A stretch of DNA of 64,000 nt from Lama glama. Its lineage: Eukaryota. How positions within the stretch are numbered: the first letter of the stretch is position 1; each line of letters begins with the position of its first letter. Shown here piece after piece: positions 38,500 to 51,339 of this stretch. The notes under the pieces are model-generated. The model saw only the letters and a program-made list of their open reading frames with translations, ran no database searches and was not told where the DNA came from. A program made the translations under genes and the position numbers. The stretch lies in assembly GCA_028534125.1 (NCBI GenBank), contig CM052816.1, positions 12,154,001 to 12,218,000 on the forward strand. The letters run 5' to 3'.

Positions 38500-38650
38500 G
38501 AAGGGAAGGAGACGGGAGGGGAGGGGAGGGAAGGAAAAAGGGAAGGGAAGGAAAAGGGGAGGCGAGGGGAGGGAAGGGGAGAAAAGAAAAGAAGAGGAGA
38601 GGAGAGGAGAGAGGAGGAGAGAGGAGGGGAGGGGAGGGGAGGGGAGAGAA
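38500..38650. repeat. Polypurine (GGA/GAGG-rich) low-complexity tract
   Basis: About 150 bp almost entirely G/A. Confidence 0.95.
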
Positions 38651-39875
38651 AACTACCTCCAGCACTGTTTATCCTGAATGATCACAGGATTTTGTCAACT
38701 GGAGGAAGGAAATTGTGTGTGTGTGTGCATGTGCAGGTAAGTGTGCTTTAGACCCAATCTTCAAAATTTTCACTCTTCAAAAAACAAATGTACAAAGATG
38801 GCCTAGCATGGCCATGAGAGTATCAGGCTGCAGAGATGGTTGACAGTGCTTGTAATTTTGAAAGTGACTGGGGCTCACAGGAATGTGACACGTGCTAGGA
38901 TTAACTGCCTGTAAATTTTCACACAGAGCTCTCCACTTGGGCTTCTTGAATTCCATCTTCTAATACTACTTGTGACTGCAATGTATTTTCCAAATGATCT
39001 ATGGGAGTGAAATCGTTGAAATCAAGGCCAAGTCTTTCAAACAAAAGAGCAAATTCTCTCAGCTGCTCATAAGGCCAAATAAACTTTTGTAAAACTTACC
39101 ATGTGAGAGCAAAGAACAGATTTTTATATTATTAAAGGAAACACTTTGAAACTTAAAAAAATATATGTGTACTTACTTATTCACACGATCCTATTGGAAC
39201 ATTCACAAATGCTCAGGCTGCCTACTCTGTCCTTAATTAAAATGGTTTGTTTCCCACCATGAACTCAACATGTAACTCATTGCAAAATACTTCCTGGAAA
39301 CTGATAGCCCTGTATCTAAAAGAATTCCACCTCCTCCTTAACACAGGGGATAGGCCTATGGTGACTGGAGCAGGTGTCCCACAAGAGCTTCCACAGCCTC
39401 CTGACAACGTCAGCCTCAGAGAACGGAGCTGGCATGGTAGAGGCCGCATTCCCTGGCCGCATGGGAAGGAGCCAGTGGTGTTAGGATCAGAGGACAGCAG
39501 GGGCCACAGAAGCTTCCACAAGAGTATTTTAGACTTTTGCTACTCGTCACAGCCTAGAAAAGGAGGACAAATGGAAGAGAAAGGAGGGTGAAAAGTACCT
39601 AAATAATAAGAACAAAACACCAAAAGCAAACAATACAAATAATACTTACATATGGGAGGACATGCGGAGGAGAATTCAAGTAGCTGAAACTGTCACTGAT
39701 CACGGAGGAAGAGACTGAAGAAGCAGAGACCCAAGCAAGAGGCAGAGAGCCTGAGTCAGGAAAAGAGGAACAGGGCAAAGCAGGGTCTGGGCAAGCGAGA
39801 ACCAAGTGAGGGCAGACGGCAGTGAGGAATGTCAAGTAGGTGTCTGGGTTCTAAACTCAGTGCAAGGGCAAATTC

Positions 39876-39916
39876 ATACACACATACACACACATACACA
39901 TACACACACACACACA
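39876..39916. repeat. (CA)n/(CATA) microsatellite
   Basis: catacacacatacacacacatacacatacacacacacacaca. Confidence 0.9.
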
Positions 39917-41664
39917 GTGCTGACTATATTCAACCCTACAGAATAAACTGTATGTAGACTGTAGAGAATAACATTTAAGATATAATAAAGTATACATACA
40001 AAAGTATCATTTTATAATATTTTTATACTATGAAACAGAGGTCTGAGTACATTGTTTTAATACATGTTGAATACTTATGTGGTGAACTACTGTATTTATT
40101 TAGAGTGTCTCTGGAAAACTCAAAATACTAACATTTAATGTACTCCCATTTGAAAACACTAGTGTCCCCAGAAACATAGCTCTTGGGAAGGGAGACAAGC
40201 TCCACAATATTTGCTTAAACCGTGCTCCACTCTTCACTCACTGGGTAGGAGTTTTGCCACCGGTTGCAGAATTAACATGCTGTTTAGGCCTCTGACTGCG
40301 GTAAGGTGGTGCATCAATGCAAAGGAACACGAATGCTCATCGGGGCCCTGGATGCCATGGAGTTTGTATCCAGAAGTGTTCAGCTCTGAGGTTCATAAGC
40401 TTTGACTTTGATACTGTTCAGCACTCAGAGTGTGTACTCAATTTCAAAAAATATATACTAGTAGTATTATTTGATTTTTTTTTTGCAAACCTCTTTCAAT
40501 ATCAGCTTGTTTACTGAAAATTCCTTGAAGCTACAAAGTGCCATCTGTTTCCTTATCACATTTCGCCCCCACAATCACAGGCAAATATCATTGCTTTTTT
40601 TATACGTGAGGTTGCTTGGAAACAATGTGGTCGAATTCACAGGTCAGCTATCATTGAGCCTCTGATGATGGGCCCGATGCAAGAGAAAAATTAAAAAAAA
40701 AAGAGAAAGCTTGCCCAAATTCTTAAAACATCCTGAAAACCAACTTCCAATCCTGAAACACATCCAACAGCAAACTTCCCCAGGCAGCTTCTCACACACA
40801 CTCGCCCACATTTAGAAAAATGTCTTCTCTGGAATCTACTATCGACAGCCATGTGACCTGATGGGGCATTTTCCTGTCCATGAGAAAATTTAGTACTGAG
40901 CTGCCTTTGTAGATTATTTTCCAAAACTATGAGCAGTGTACAGTGTGCTTCTTCAGCCCCAGAAGATTGAGCTGACTACAAAGAGGGCCTCTAAAATGGA
41001 TTTCTTAAGCTGAAGATGGTCAGAGCATCCCTCTGCCTGCCCACCAGGGAAGAGTCAGCATTCCAATTCCGTTAGCCTCAGCGGAACAGAGAGAGACAGG
41101 ACCAAACAGTGCAGAGAGTATCGGAACATATCCTAGGAGAAAAGTGGCCTCTCTGGGGGAAAAGGAAGAGTGGAAAAGAAAGAAAAAAGCAACATTAAGA
41201 ACAACAGAACAAAATACTGTGACTACTATGACTGTTTATTCAGAGAAAAATACCAGTTTGAAAAAAAAGTCACCCCAATGATTTCCTTGCAGCATTATTT
41301 TGCCAAATTGTTCACCACACGAACCCGTTCCATTTCAAATGGCCAACAAAATCTCCTGCAGCTTCCAAAATATAAAATAGTTTCATGCATAGTTTTAAAA
41401 TTATACTGGACCTATGTTGACATAAACATTATTCCAAATATCTGGCAAAGAACTGAAGTATCAACAACAAGCATGGTACTTAATCAGTTCCGGACAATTG
41501 GATACGTTATGCCTCATGCTACAATTCTGATTCACATACAAACATCTTGCTAACCAATTACGTTCTTTAAAAAATCAACTCTACATGGTTGAGTCATGCT
41601 TTCCGCAAACCCCAGAGAGCCTCTGGCAATGTGTGACTTTCTATTTGAATTTATTTACTTCTCA

Positions 41665-41880
41665 AAGCCACTTCGGGCACCTGCTACATGCCTGACATTG
41701 CAACAGATACTTCACATAAGTTCAGTCTTCCTAACTGCTTCATGGTACAGTTCTTATTAGCCTTTCCATTTGCTAATAAGGAAACTGACACTCCAGAGCT
41801 CAATAGTTTTCTCCACATTTGTTTGATTACAAAATAAGACGGTCTTTCCACCACATTACAGAACAATCCATTCATTAAGA
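41665..41880 (-). mobile_element. MIR SINE
   Basis: 'gcacctgctacatgcctgacattg...ccatttgctaataaggaaactgacactccagag'. Confidence 0.7.
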
Positions 41881-43389
41881 TGCCTGGTAGCAAACAAAAG
41901 GGAGTCCTGTGCTCTATGCCCTTGAAAGCATCAGGCTCAGGAGTTACGGACTGAGCAGCACAAGCAGAGTGAGTCAACCACAGCGGAATGCAGACAGCCC
42001 AGGCGAAAACACACACCCTAAGCTACCACACCCTCACAGTGCTCTAGACATGGGACACATTGTTAAGTGGGATTCAAACCAGATCAAAGTCAGCCAGAAA
42101 AGTAGACTCAAGGGCGATTAACAGAAACAGGTAAAGGGATCTTTGATACCTGTCTAACCCTAACGGAGCTGCTCTGTATGATGCTAGTCCCCACTCTATC
42201 TCCTCTGCCCGTACCTCTGGCAGGCGATCCAACGGGAGAAAGCAGAAGCAGGGAAATTAGCCTTCACACACCGAAAGTGTGTGTTTGCACCCAGAATTGC
42301 TTAATGTTCATGTCAAAGTAACAGGATGCCAGCATGCGTTGTTAGGAATACAAGAAACAAAGGACACAACTTCAATATCACAGTGCTATCTAAAATGCCC
42401 GACTGACAAAGACCTTATCTCAACTGCACTGTTTTGATTTTTTTTCTCCTTTATCTGCTCTTGATGGGCCCAAGTGGTAGGGAAGCACCTATTTTTTAGC
42501 TATAGGCACTGCATTTTTAGATGCCAGCATTTGAGGGGCCTTTTATTTGTATTTTAATTGCCTTGTTTCTCCAAGAAACAAAACATATTTTGCTTTCCCC
42601 AAAGGATCTCAAACAATAGGCATGGTCAAAAGCATCCTGCAGCTTTCTTTATGCCTACCCAATTCCAGAGATTGTTAGCTGCAGACTGCCTATTCTCAGT
42701 GTTTAAGTGTGTTATCCCTTTGACAGTCAGAGATCACAAAGAAGGTATGGCTGTGTAACCCTTTGTAGCCCTGCCACTGTGATCTGTAGTATCTGAAAGG
42801 ATCTGAAAAGGGAGCTTCTTACTAGAGACAGACCAATTGTACCTCTCCTTGATTAAACACATACTGTAGTGTCCTTTGAGTCATGCCAAGATTTGACTCT
42901 TCCCACTAGGTCATATGTTAGTGTGGGCAAAGTTCACTTTAGATGACATATCCCCTCACCTTTCCATCTTCCCTTCAACCTCATTTTTACCCTCTGCCAT
43001 TTCCTCCACAGTTTTACTTTAATCTTCCTACTGTCCCTTCTGTCTGAGACTTCAAAATTGTATTAAAGTTGAGCCCTCCCATTCTTCACAGTGGAGTATC
43101 TCCAAGACACCAATTCTTCTGCTCCTGAAAATGATTCTCTCTCATCTTTTATAATAAGTGAACCACTCTCTTCAAGAAGGGAGAAGAAAGAAGGATTAAG
43201 GAGGACTAGGCACAGAGATTTATGCCCTAAGTCTTGGAGTTGCATCACTGAGAAGAGTATGAAGCCGGAAGGGGGGGGGGGGCTCCTCGATCAGGAGTCC
43301 ACAGCCACATTAGGAAATCAATCTGCCCTCTGGTAGCTACCAGCTATACTGAATTGCATGGTAGCAAAGTAAGTCGAGGGTCGTATGTA

Positions 43390-43515
43390 GTCATTCTCTT
43401 ATGCATTCATTCATTCTTTCATATACGCATTCAGTATCTATTTATCATGTGTCGACAGTCTGCAAGATAGTAGGCCAAGTGCCAGAGAAATAATAATGAA
43501 CAAGAACAAAGAAGC
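43390..43515 (-). mobile_element. L2 3' tail
   Basis: 'cattcattcattc...tatttatcatgtgtc...aatgaacaaga'. Confidence 0.65.
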
Positions 43516-43519
43516 AAAA

Positions 43520-44262
43520 GTAAAAAGCTAAACAAACTAGATAATCAACAAGCTTCTTATATCCATAGGTCACAGGGCAAAGTGTTCCCCTAAAAACTGG
43601 AGAGATATACAGATACAGAGAATCACAAATTACCAGAGCAGGAGACCACAAGCAGAAACCTCTGCGGGGGTCGGGTAGGACAACTTAAACTGTAATTAGT
43701 GAATTGCTACATGCTTAGTGTGGCCACATCCAAGAGACAAAAACTTCAGGGGGATCCAGTCACACTTCTGTGAGTTTTTACCCCAGGGATCTCTACCAAG
43801 TCCTCAATCACAGTGATTGAAGAAAAGTTCCCTCCTGCTTCCAGCAGGGGGAAGGAAAAAGAAGCTTTTTGAAACACATGAGAGTATTCTGTTCTTGTAA
43901 ACAAAGCCTGCCCTTGAGAAAACTATTGTACGGAGCCTAATCTGGTATCTTTTTTCAAAGCCTAATCTACCTGGGAGAAGGGAACTACTTAACTCGAGCC
44001 TCCTGTAGTCACCTTGTTCCACCTAAGAGAGAGAAAAGCAAGAAAAACACTGAGAAGCACTGGTGAAGTTCACAGTCCAAGGTCCCAGGCTGACCAAAAG
44101 ACTAATACCTAACCATAGGGTCATGGAACGTTTTCCTCTTCCACATTACCACCACATTCCTTAAGTCCTAGTTACTACAATTTTTTTCTTGTTAACCCAG
44201 TATATCATGTACACCTTTCAGCAAACAATTGCAAGGCAAAAACACAGGTTAAAGATACTGAA
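43520..44262 (+). mobile_element. Old L1M (MC-like) 5' region
   Basis: 'aaaagctaaacaaact...ggtcacagggcaaa...gagaagcactggtgaagttcacagtcca...aacccagtatatcatgt' resembles old L1 5' sequence. Confidence 0.55.
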
Positions 44263-44264
44263 CA

Positions 44265-46665
44265 GGAGAGAGCTCAAGCTGGCAGAGTATCAGGATGCTG
44301 GGCTCACTCCGTCATGAACATATCAAAACCACAACCACGTACAGAGCGACTCTACAGAAACTGACCTGGGGACTAGCAGGACTGCTCTTCTACAACCAAG
44401 GCTGTCAAGAAAGATTCACAGGGAGTCTGGAAGGGAGGGAGGAGATATGATCTGGCCAGGATGCAGAAAAGTCGGGGGACATAACAGGCTCAGGGATCCG
44501 GCCTAGCGAGCAAGGCGCTTGAGCCGTAAATTAAGACACCCCAGCCCCGGGGTCCAACATCAGCTGGTTTCAAAACCACTGCAGCTCACTGAAAGGCAGT
44601 AGGAAAATAAGACTCTGTTCCTGAAGAGCTTGTACAAGCAAGGGCTTGCAAATATTGCTATCAGCTGATTTTTTAGCAGAAATTTTGCAGACCAGAAGGG
44701 AGTGTAATGATAGATTTAAAGCGCTGAAAGGAAAAAACCTACAACCTAAGATATTTCACCTAGCAAGGTCATCATTCAGAATTGAAAAACAGATAACTTC
44801 TCAGACAAGCAAAAACTAAGAGTTCAATGCTTAAAAGAAGTGATAAAGGGTCTTCTTTACTGCCAAAGAAAAGGCTACAAGAATTAAGAAATTATAGAAA
44901 GAGAAAAAACACCAGTAAAGGCAAATATACTGTAAAATAAACTAACGATAATAAACAGCAAAAGAATAGTCATGAAGGTATGAAATATGACATCAAACAC
45001 ACAAAACGTGGAGGGGGAAAAATGTGCAACTTCTAAAATGTGTTTTAACTTAAATGACTTTCAGTTTAAAACCCATAGATATAGCTCCAGATCAACATAT
45101 CTGAACTCCATGGTAAACACAAACCAAACACCTACAGTAGATACTCAAAAACTAGAAAGGAACACTAACACAACACTAAAGAAAATCATCAAACCACAGG
45201 GGAGAGATTTAAAGGAAAAGAACAAAGATACAAAAAAATCAGAAAACAACAAAGGGGCAATAAGAACATACGTATCAATAATCACTTTAAATGCCAATGG
45301 GCTAAATGCTTCAATTAAGAGTAATAAAGTGGCTGACTGGATAAAAATAAGACCCATCTACATGCTGCCTACAAGAGAAACATTTCAGAGCTAAAGAAAC
45401 ACAAAGACTGAAGGCAAGAGGATGAAAAATGATATTCCACGCAAGTGGAAACAAAAAGAAGCTAGAGTAGCAATGCTCATTTCAAATTAGCCTTTAAAAC
45501 AAGGGTCACCTCAGCCTTTAAAACAAAATCAACAACAAAAGACAAAGAAGAGCATTATATAATGATAAAGGTCTCAACACAAGAAGAATACGTAAGATTC
45601 ATAAATTTATATGTACCTAATATTGGAGCATCTAAATACATAAAGAAATATTAACAGACAAAAAGGGAGAAGTTGACAACAATACAATAGCAGGGGACTT
45701 CAATACTCCACTTACATCAATGGACAGATCATCCAGAAAGACAATCAATAAAGAAAGAATAGCTTTAAATGACACATTAGACTTGCTGGACGTAAGAAAT
45801 ATCTACAGGACACTGCATCTAAAAACAGCAGAATACACATTTTTTTCAAGTAGCCATGGACCATTCTCTGGGATAGATCACACACCAGGCCACAAAACAA
45901 GTTTTAATTTAAGCACTTTTAAGAGGATAGAAATTATATCAAGTATCTTTTCTAATGAGAAAAGTATGACACTAGAAATCAATTACAGACAGAAAAATGG
46001 GAAAAACACAAACACATGGAGACTAAACGTGCTACGAAAAAAATCAATGGGTCAATAAAGAAATCAAAGAGGAAACTAGAAAATACTTTGAGACAAATGA
46101 AAATAAAAACACAACCTTCCACAAGCTATAGAATACAGTGAAAGGAGTTCTAAGAGGGAAATTTATAGTGATACAGGCCTACCTCAAGGAACAAGAGAAA
46201 ACTTAAACAATGCAACCAACCATCTAAAAGAATTAAATAAAGAAGAACAAACAAAACCCAAGCAGCAGAATGAAGGAGATTTTAAAAAGTCACAGTGGAA
46301 ATTAAAAAAAAAAAAAAGTAGAGACCAAAAATAATAAAAATGATCAATGAAATCAAGAACTGGTTGTTTTTTTTTTGAAAAGATGAACAATGTTAATAAG
46401 CTTTAGACAAGCTTACTAAGAAAAAAAGGACCCAAATAAACAAAATACAAGAGGAGAAATTACAACCAATATCACAGAAATACAACAAAATGAATAGAAT
46501 ATTACTAAAGTTATATACCAACAAACTGGACAACTTAAATAAATGCATAAATTCCTAGAAATATAAAATGTTTCAAGACTTCATCAGGAAGAAAAAGATA
46601 ATCTGAATAATTACTAGTATTAAAAGAAGCAGTCAAAAAATAACTTACAACAAACAAAAGCACAA
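44265..46665 (+). mobile_element. Decayed L1: 5' UTR start, ORF1 C-terminus, ORF2 endonuclease region
   Basis: 5' 'caagctggcagagta'. ORF1-like 'atcagctgattttttagcagaaattttgcagaccagaagggagtg'. ORF2 peptides 'SIITLNANGLNASIK', 'MDRSSRKTINKE...IYRTLHLKTAEYTFFSSSHG..S.IDH'. Many frameshifts. Confidence 0.95.
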
Positions 46666-46667
46666 GA

Positions 46668-46990
46668 AATTGAATACAGTTCCCTGTTCTACATAATAGG
46701 TCCTTGTTGTTTATCTATTTTATATATAGTAATGTGTGTCTGAAAATCCCCACCCCTTCATTTATCCCTCACTGCCTTGTCCTCTTTGGTAACCATAGTT
46801 TGTTTTCTATGTCCGTAAGTGTTTTTGATTTGTAAATAGAATTTGTATCTTTTTTTTTATGTTTCATATAGAAGTGATATCATATGATATTTGTCTTTCT
46901 CTGACTTACTTCACTCAATATGATAAACTCTAGGTCCATCATGTTGCTGCAAGTGGCATTATTTCATTCTTTATGGCTAAGTAATATTCC

Positions 46991-47033
<43 letters not shown>

Positions 47034-47045
47034 CACATCTTCTTG
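46668..47045 (-). mobile_element. Young L1 3' UTR piece, inverted, containing (TG)n at ~46994-47030
   Basis: 'ttgaatacagttccctgt...ggtccttgttgtttatctattttatata...ccatcatgttgctgcaagtggcattatttcattc' is the reverse complement of the young L1 end. Confidence 0.9.
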
Positions 47046-47818
47046 AAGAGATACCTGTACTCCCATGTTCATTTCAGCATTATTCACAATAGCCAAGATA
47101 TGGGAACAACCTAAACGTTCACCATCAACAACTAGGTAAAGAAAATGTAGCATATATATACTATGGAATATTATTCAGCCAAGAGAAAGAAGGAAATCCT
47201 GCCATTTGCAAAAAATGTGGATGAAACTGGAGGGGACATACTAAGTGAAATAAGCCAGATACAGAAAGAGAGACACTGCATGATCCCACTTTTATGTAGT
47301 ATCAAAATCATCAAATTCACAAAAGCAGAGTAGAATGGTAGATGCCAGAAATTGGGGGGAGGAGGAAATGAGGAGATGTTGGTCAAGGGATACCTGGTGC
47401 CAGTTATGTAGGATGAGTAAATTCTGGAGCTCTAATGTACAACACAGCTGTAGTTAACAATAGTGCACTGTATAGTTGAAATTTGCTAAGAAAGTAGATC
47501 TTGAGTGTTCTTAACACAGGAGGAGGGGGGAAGAGGAAGGAAGGAAGGAAGGAAGGAAGGAAGGAAGGAAGGAAGGAAGGAAGGAAGGAAGGAAGGAAGG
47601 GAAAGAAAGAAAAGAAGGAAAAGGAAAGGTTAAGAGGGAGGTAGGGAGGGAGAAAGGAAGGGAAAGAAAGAAAAGAAAACCTGACAAAGTGAGATGATGG
47701 GTATATTAATTACCTTGATTACAGTATTTCATATGTATGTGTATACCAAAACATCAAGTGATACACAATATATACATTTCAAAATTTTCAGTTATACCTC
47801 CATAAAGCTGGGGAAAAT
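47046..47818 (+). mobile_element. L1MA-like 3' end with a GGAA expansion
   Basis: 'tactcccatgttcatttcagcattattcacaatagccaagata...gaaatttgctaagaaagtagatctt...ttatacctccataaagctggggaaaa'. Confidence 0.85.
47535..47598. repeat. (GGAA)16 microsatellite within a longer purine tract (47519-47680)
   Basis: Direct count of GGAA units. Confidence 0.95.
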
Positions 47819-48345
47819 ACAGTGAGATATTATTTCACACTCATCTAATTCCCCACTCCCCCCACAACTCCATGCCATTTGCTCACCCCACCCAAAAAAG
47901 TCAAGTCAAATAATATCAGGTATTGGTAAGGTCAGAGAAATTAAGATTCTCATACGCTGAAAGTGGGGAAATGTCATTTGTTCCAACTATTTTGACAATA
48001 ATTTTGGCATCGAGCAGTAGACATGACTTAGTAATTCTACTACTAAGTATACCTTAGAGAAAGTCTTGCCCAAACAACTGGAGACATACACATACAATCT
48101 ATATATCAATATGAAGGAAAATCATAAAGGAAAGCAAGGCAATGTTCAAAATTCAGATTATTCATCATCTGTGAAAGGGGAAGGCAAGCTATGATTAGAG
48201 AGGGACACAGAAAGAGATTATATACTGGTATGCTCTAATTCTTAATCTTATTGATGGAGTACAATTGCTCGTTTTATTAATATTCACTTACACACACATA
48301 CAATGCATTTCATACATTTTTTAAGTATGATACATTTTATAATAA
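47819..48345 (+). mobile_element. L1ME-like fragments
   Basis: 'tacagtgagatattatttcacactc', 'tgacttagtaattctactactaagtataccttagagaaa'. Confidence 0.55.
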
Positions 48346-48519
48346 GAGAGTTCAGTGGAAGAAATGAGATTCAGATTCAAGGAAAATTACTCCAGAGCCC
48401 ACGGTCTTAATAAATATATACTGAATCAGTAAATGGATGGAATTCTTGCTAATATTTACTTTCCTTTAAAACCTGGGGTTTTGTTTGTTTGTTTGAGTTT
48501 CGTTATGACTTTCTTAAAT

Positions 48520-48690
48520 ATCTTTATTGAGGTGTAACTTATATACAAAGAGCTGCAGATGCACGTTTAGTGTGTGTAATTTGATAAGTTTGGACATGTG
48601 GAAACATCTGTGATACTAGTACCATCATCTAGGTAACAGACATTCCCATTATTTCCCGAGATTCCTGTGTCCCTGGTTTTTGTTCTGTGC
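48520..48690 (-). mobile_element. L1 3' terminal fragment
   Basis: 'ctttattgaggtgtaactta...aatttgataagtttggacatg...accatcatctaggtaacagacatt'. Confidence 0.7.
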
Positions 48691-48779
48691 TATGAATAAT
48701 TTTGAACTAATAGTTCACAATCACAAAGATATGATTTCACTTCTTAGTTCAGTGTTTAACTCAGGGTTTGAATGAACTG

Positions 48780-48950
48780 TCTCTGTTAATCCTCACTACA
48801 GATCCATGTGGGAAATATCATTTTTATTTACGATTTACAGATGGCAAAAGACTGGAGAGGTCACAAAGATGAGAAATACAGGAGTCGGGATTCAAGCCCT
48901 ACTTATCTGTCTCCAAAATGTGTGTTTCTAAGCACCACCAGATATTGCCT
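48780..48950 (-). mobile_element. MIR SINE
   Basis: 'ttaatcctcactaca...tttacagatggcaaagactggagagg...cgggattcaagccc...tctgtctccaaa'. Confidence 0.7.
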
Positions 48951-51339
48951 TTCAAAAAATTTTAATTTTATTCGTGTCCTGTCTCTTCACACACAAAACT
49001 ACTGATCCACACATACAATGCACTACTAGTGACTACCTTAGTTCCCACATTTCCAGAGGTGCCCTATTTTGTACAGCTGGCCAGTGTACAAAATGTAGAA
49101 GTACTGATCTCCATCAGGGCATGGCCTTTGCTTATTTATGTTTTGACAAATTTTGCTTTTGCCATTTAAGCAACAACTTGTAAAACTGAAATAGGAGTAT
49201 ATTTAATAAGTTAAATTAATCTGTACAATTTTTTGTTTGATGTACAGATGAAGCCAAAATGACTGCAACATCCTGAGGGAACACTGCCTATCGTGGCCAA
49301 ATGTGCTGTATCTCATTCACGACTTCCTCTCCTAGGCCCTTTCAATGCATTTCAAATTGAGCTCATTTGTGTATTTGTATATACACTTCCATTTTATTCT
49401 TTGTGTGTATCTTTTTTTCTAAAGAGGTCACAGAAGAAAGAGAATGACACCTTTAAAAATCTCATTTTTATCATTTTACTTAGTGGAAAATTTTGGGAAC
49501 AATTTTACGCAGTTGACTCTTCAAACACCCTGAAGTTCTATTTCTGAGACACCAATGAATATTAATAAGACTTCAAATGATTTTCTGGAAAAAACTAGGG
49601 AAAAAAGGCAACAGACTGCAGCATGGTGAAGATACAGTTCAAAATAAAGAAACAGTTATTTCAGTTTCATGTTACAGCATAAGCTGGACTGAAGCTCTAT
49701 CTCCTATACTGCCTTTTTGTTCTGACACAAAACCTGAGAGTTTTAAGTAAAACCCACAAGCTTCCTTTAATAGGGTTTTGGGCTTTAAGTTTTTGGACTA
49801 GACACACACAACACACACAACATACACACACGTACATGCAATTGGTATAAATTACTGACGATTTTAGGGGTTAAGATAGCTTCTATGTGGCTTTACCAAG
49901 GACTCATGTTGTGACCTCGGATTCATCTTCTTCTTCTTTTAGTCTTTTTTTTTTTTCTTTTAGCAAGACTTTCTACTTTCTCAGGTTAACTCATTTTCTC
50001 TTTTCTACTCCCCAATCCTTTCTTAGAATCAGCTCCTTACTCAGTAGGGCTATTTCCACATGCTCTCAATACGGGTAATAGTGTATCAGCAGTACCATAC
50101 TTTTCAGTCCGTGTTCACTTGGACAAGAATCAATTTGCTTTTTCATAGCTTAACTAAACACTTTTAACTGAGCCTCATTGACTTATTGACCCATTTTGGG
50201 TCTTATGTCTATGCCTCAATCTATGGCTGTGGCCAGGAAGATAACACATGCTGACTGACTTAAGAAAATCCGACCTAATCACAGAACTGGGAGTGAGATG
50301 GATTCCATTCATTTGCTTGGCTGGGAAATCTGGAGTGCTGCTAAGAAAAGGGAAAGATGAAATGGATATTAAAGAGGAAAACATCACATGCCCCTCATGA
50401 TACTCATGTGGAAATTCAAGTCAAGCATGAGGAACTAAGAGCTACTGCCCTGGGTCAACCCAAACTAGACAAAATCAAGATTTCGTCTGTGAAGATGGCA
50501 CAAAGGGATAGTGCTGGGACCCGTGAGTGCTAATCACAATGTTTTCCTCACAGATCAAGGTGGTCCCCTATCTGCATGCTTGTCAACTTTGTATCAATTG
50601 TTAAGATTTTAATTGAATTCAACTATATGTAAGTAATTTATCACCATTGAGCTTATTTGCAATGAAACATAATTTTCTTACTTCTAGAAATCTTGGCTAG
50701 ACTCTGGTTAAAAGCCTAGTGATTGCATAAAAATTGACTCAGCATGTTGAACTGCTTGCATCAGATGACTACATGGAAAAAAAATTCCTCATTTAACCCG
50801 CATTAGTTCTGGGTGTGTGCCTCAGAGTAAAGAGAAAAATCAGATCTCTCATATTTGTATGTGAAAATGTCCCTTGTATGATCTCCCAGTGACCTTAACT
50901 GACCCCTTATAATCTGATGAAGGGGGCAGATTTACATACCTGTAGTACTAAATATAAGCATCTTTTGACAGTGCTTTTGAAACTAAGAGAACCAAGTACA
51001 TCACTCTATAGAAAATCTCTTGCAATTTTGGCAGAGATGATACAAAACTCATTTGCTGTGACTGAAAAACATGCAGGCAAAGATGTCTATTTGGGCAAGA
51101 GTGGGTCTCAAAAATGTCTCATCTTTAGCTTCTTCATTCACTTGGTTACTCACTCTATTAATTCCGACACTACCCTGGGTGCTTCCTTGTGCTGGGTACT
51201 GGGAATAGAGAAAAGAATCAGAAAAGATACCCATCCTCCATTGGAGCTAGACGACTGTCTTTCAAAATAATTCTAACTTATTAGGCAACTAATATTTCTC
51301 AAGACTGGTAATTGTACACCCAGTTCAATTTTCTGCTGA

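Noticed and set aside
40640..40690. CTGATGA hammerhead-like core (also at ~24974 and ~36532)
   Set aside because: No stem II followed by GAAA and no matching stems I/III.
41045..41190. Strong minus-strand acceptor at 41152 with a short open frame
   Set aside because: Weak donor and unrecognised peptide; pyrimidine tracts are common on this strand.
42265..42283. Hairpin cacacac-cgaaa-gtgtgtg
   Set aside because: A 7-bp stem made of CA/TG dinucleotides is expected by chance.
44987..46058. ORFs with endonuclease-like motifs as a gene or an active element
   Set aside because: They are frameshifted fragments of L1 ORF2, and the RT region is missing.
49897..49926. Minus-strand ATG...TTG|GTAAAG mini first exon (MNPRSQHESL)
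   Set aside because: Moderate donor only, no promoter or CpG island, and the peptide is not recognised.
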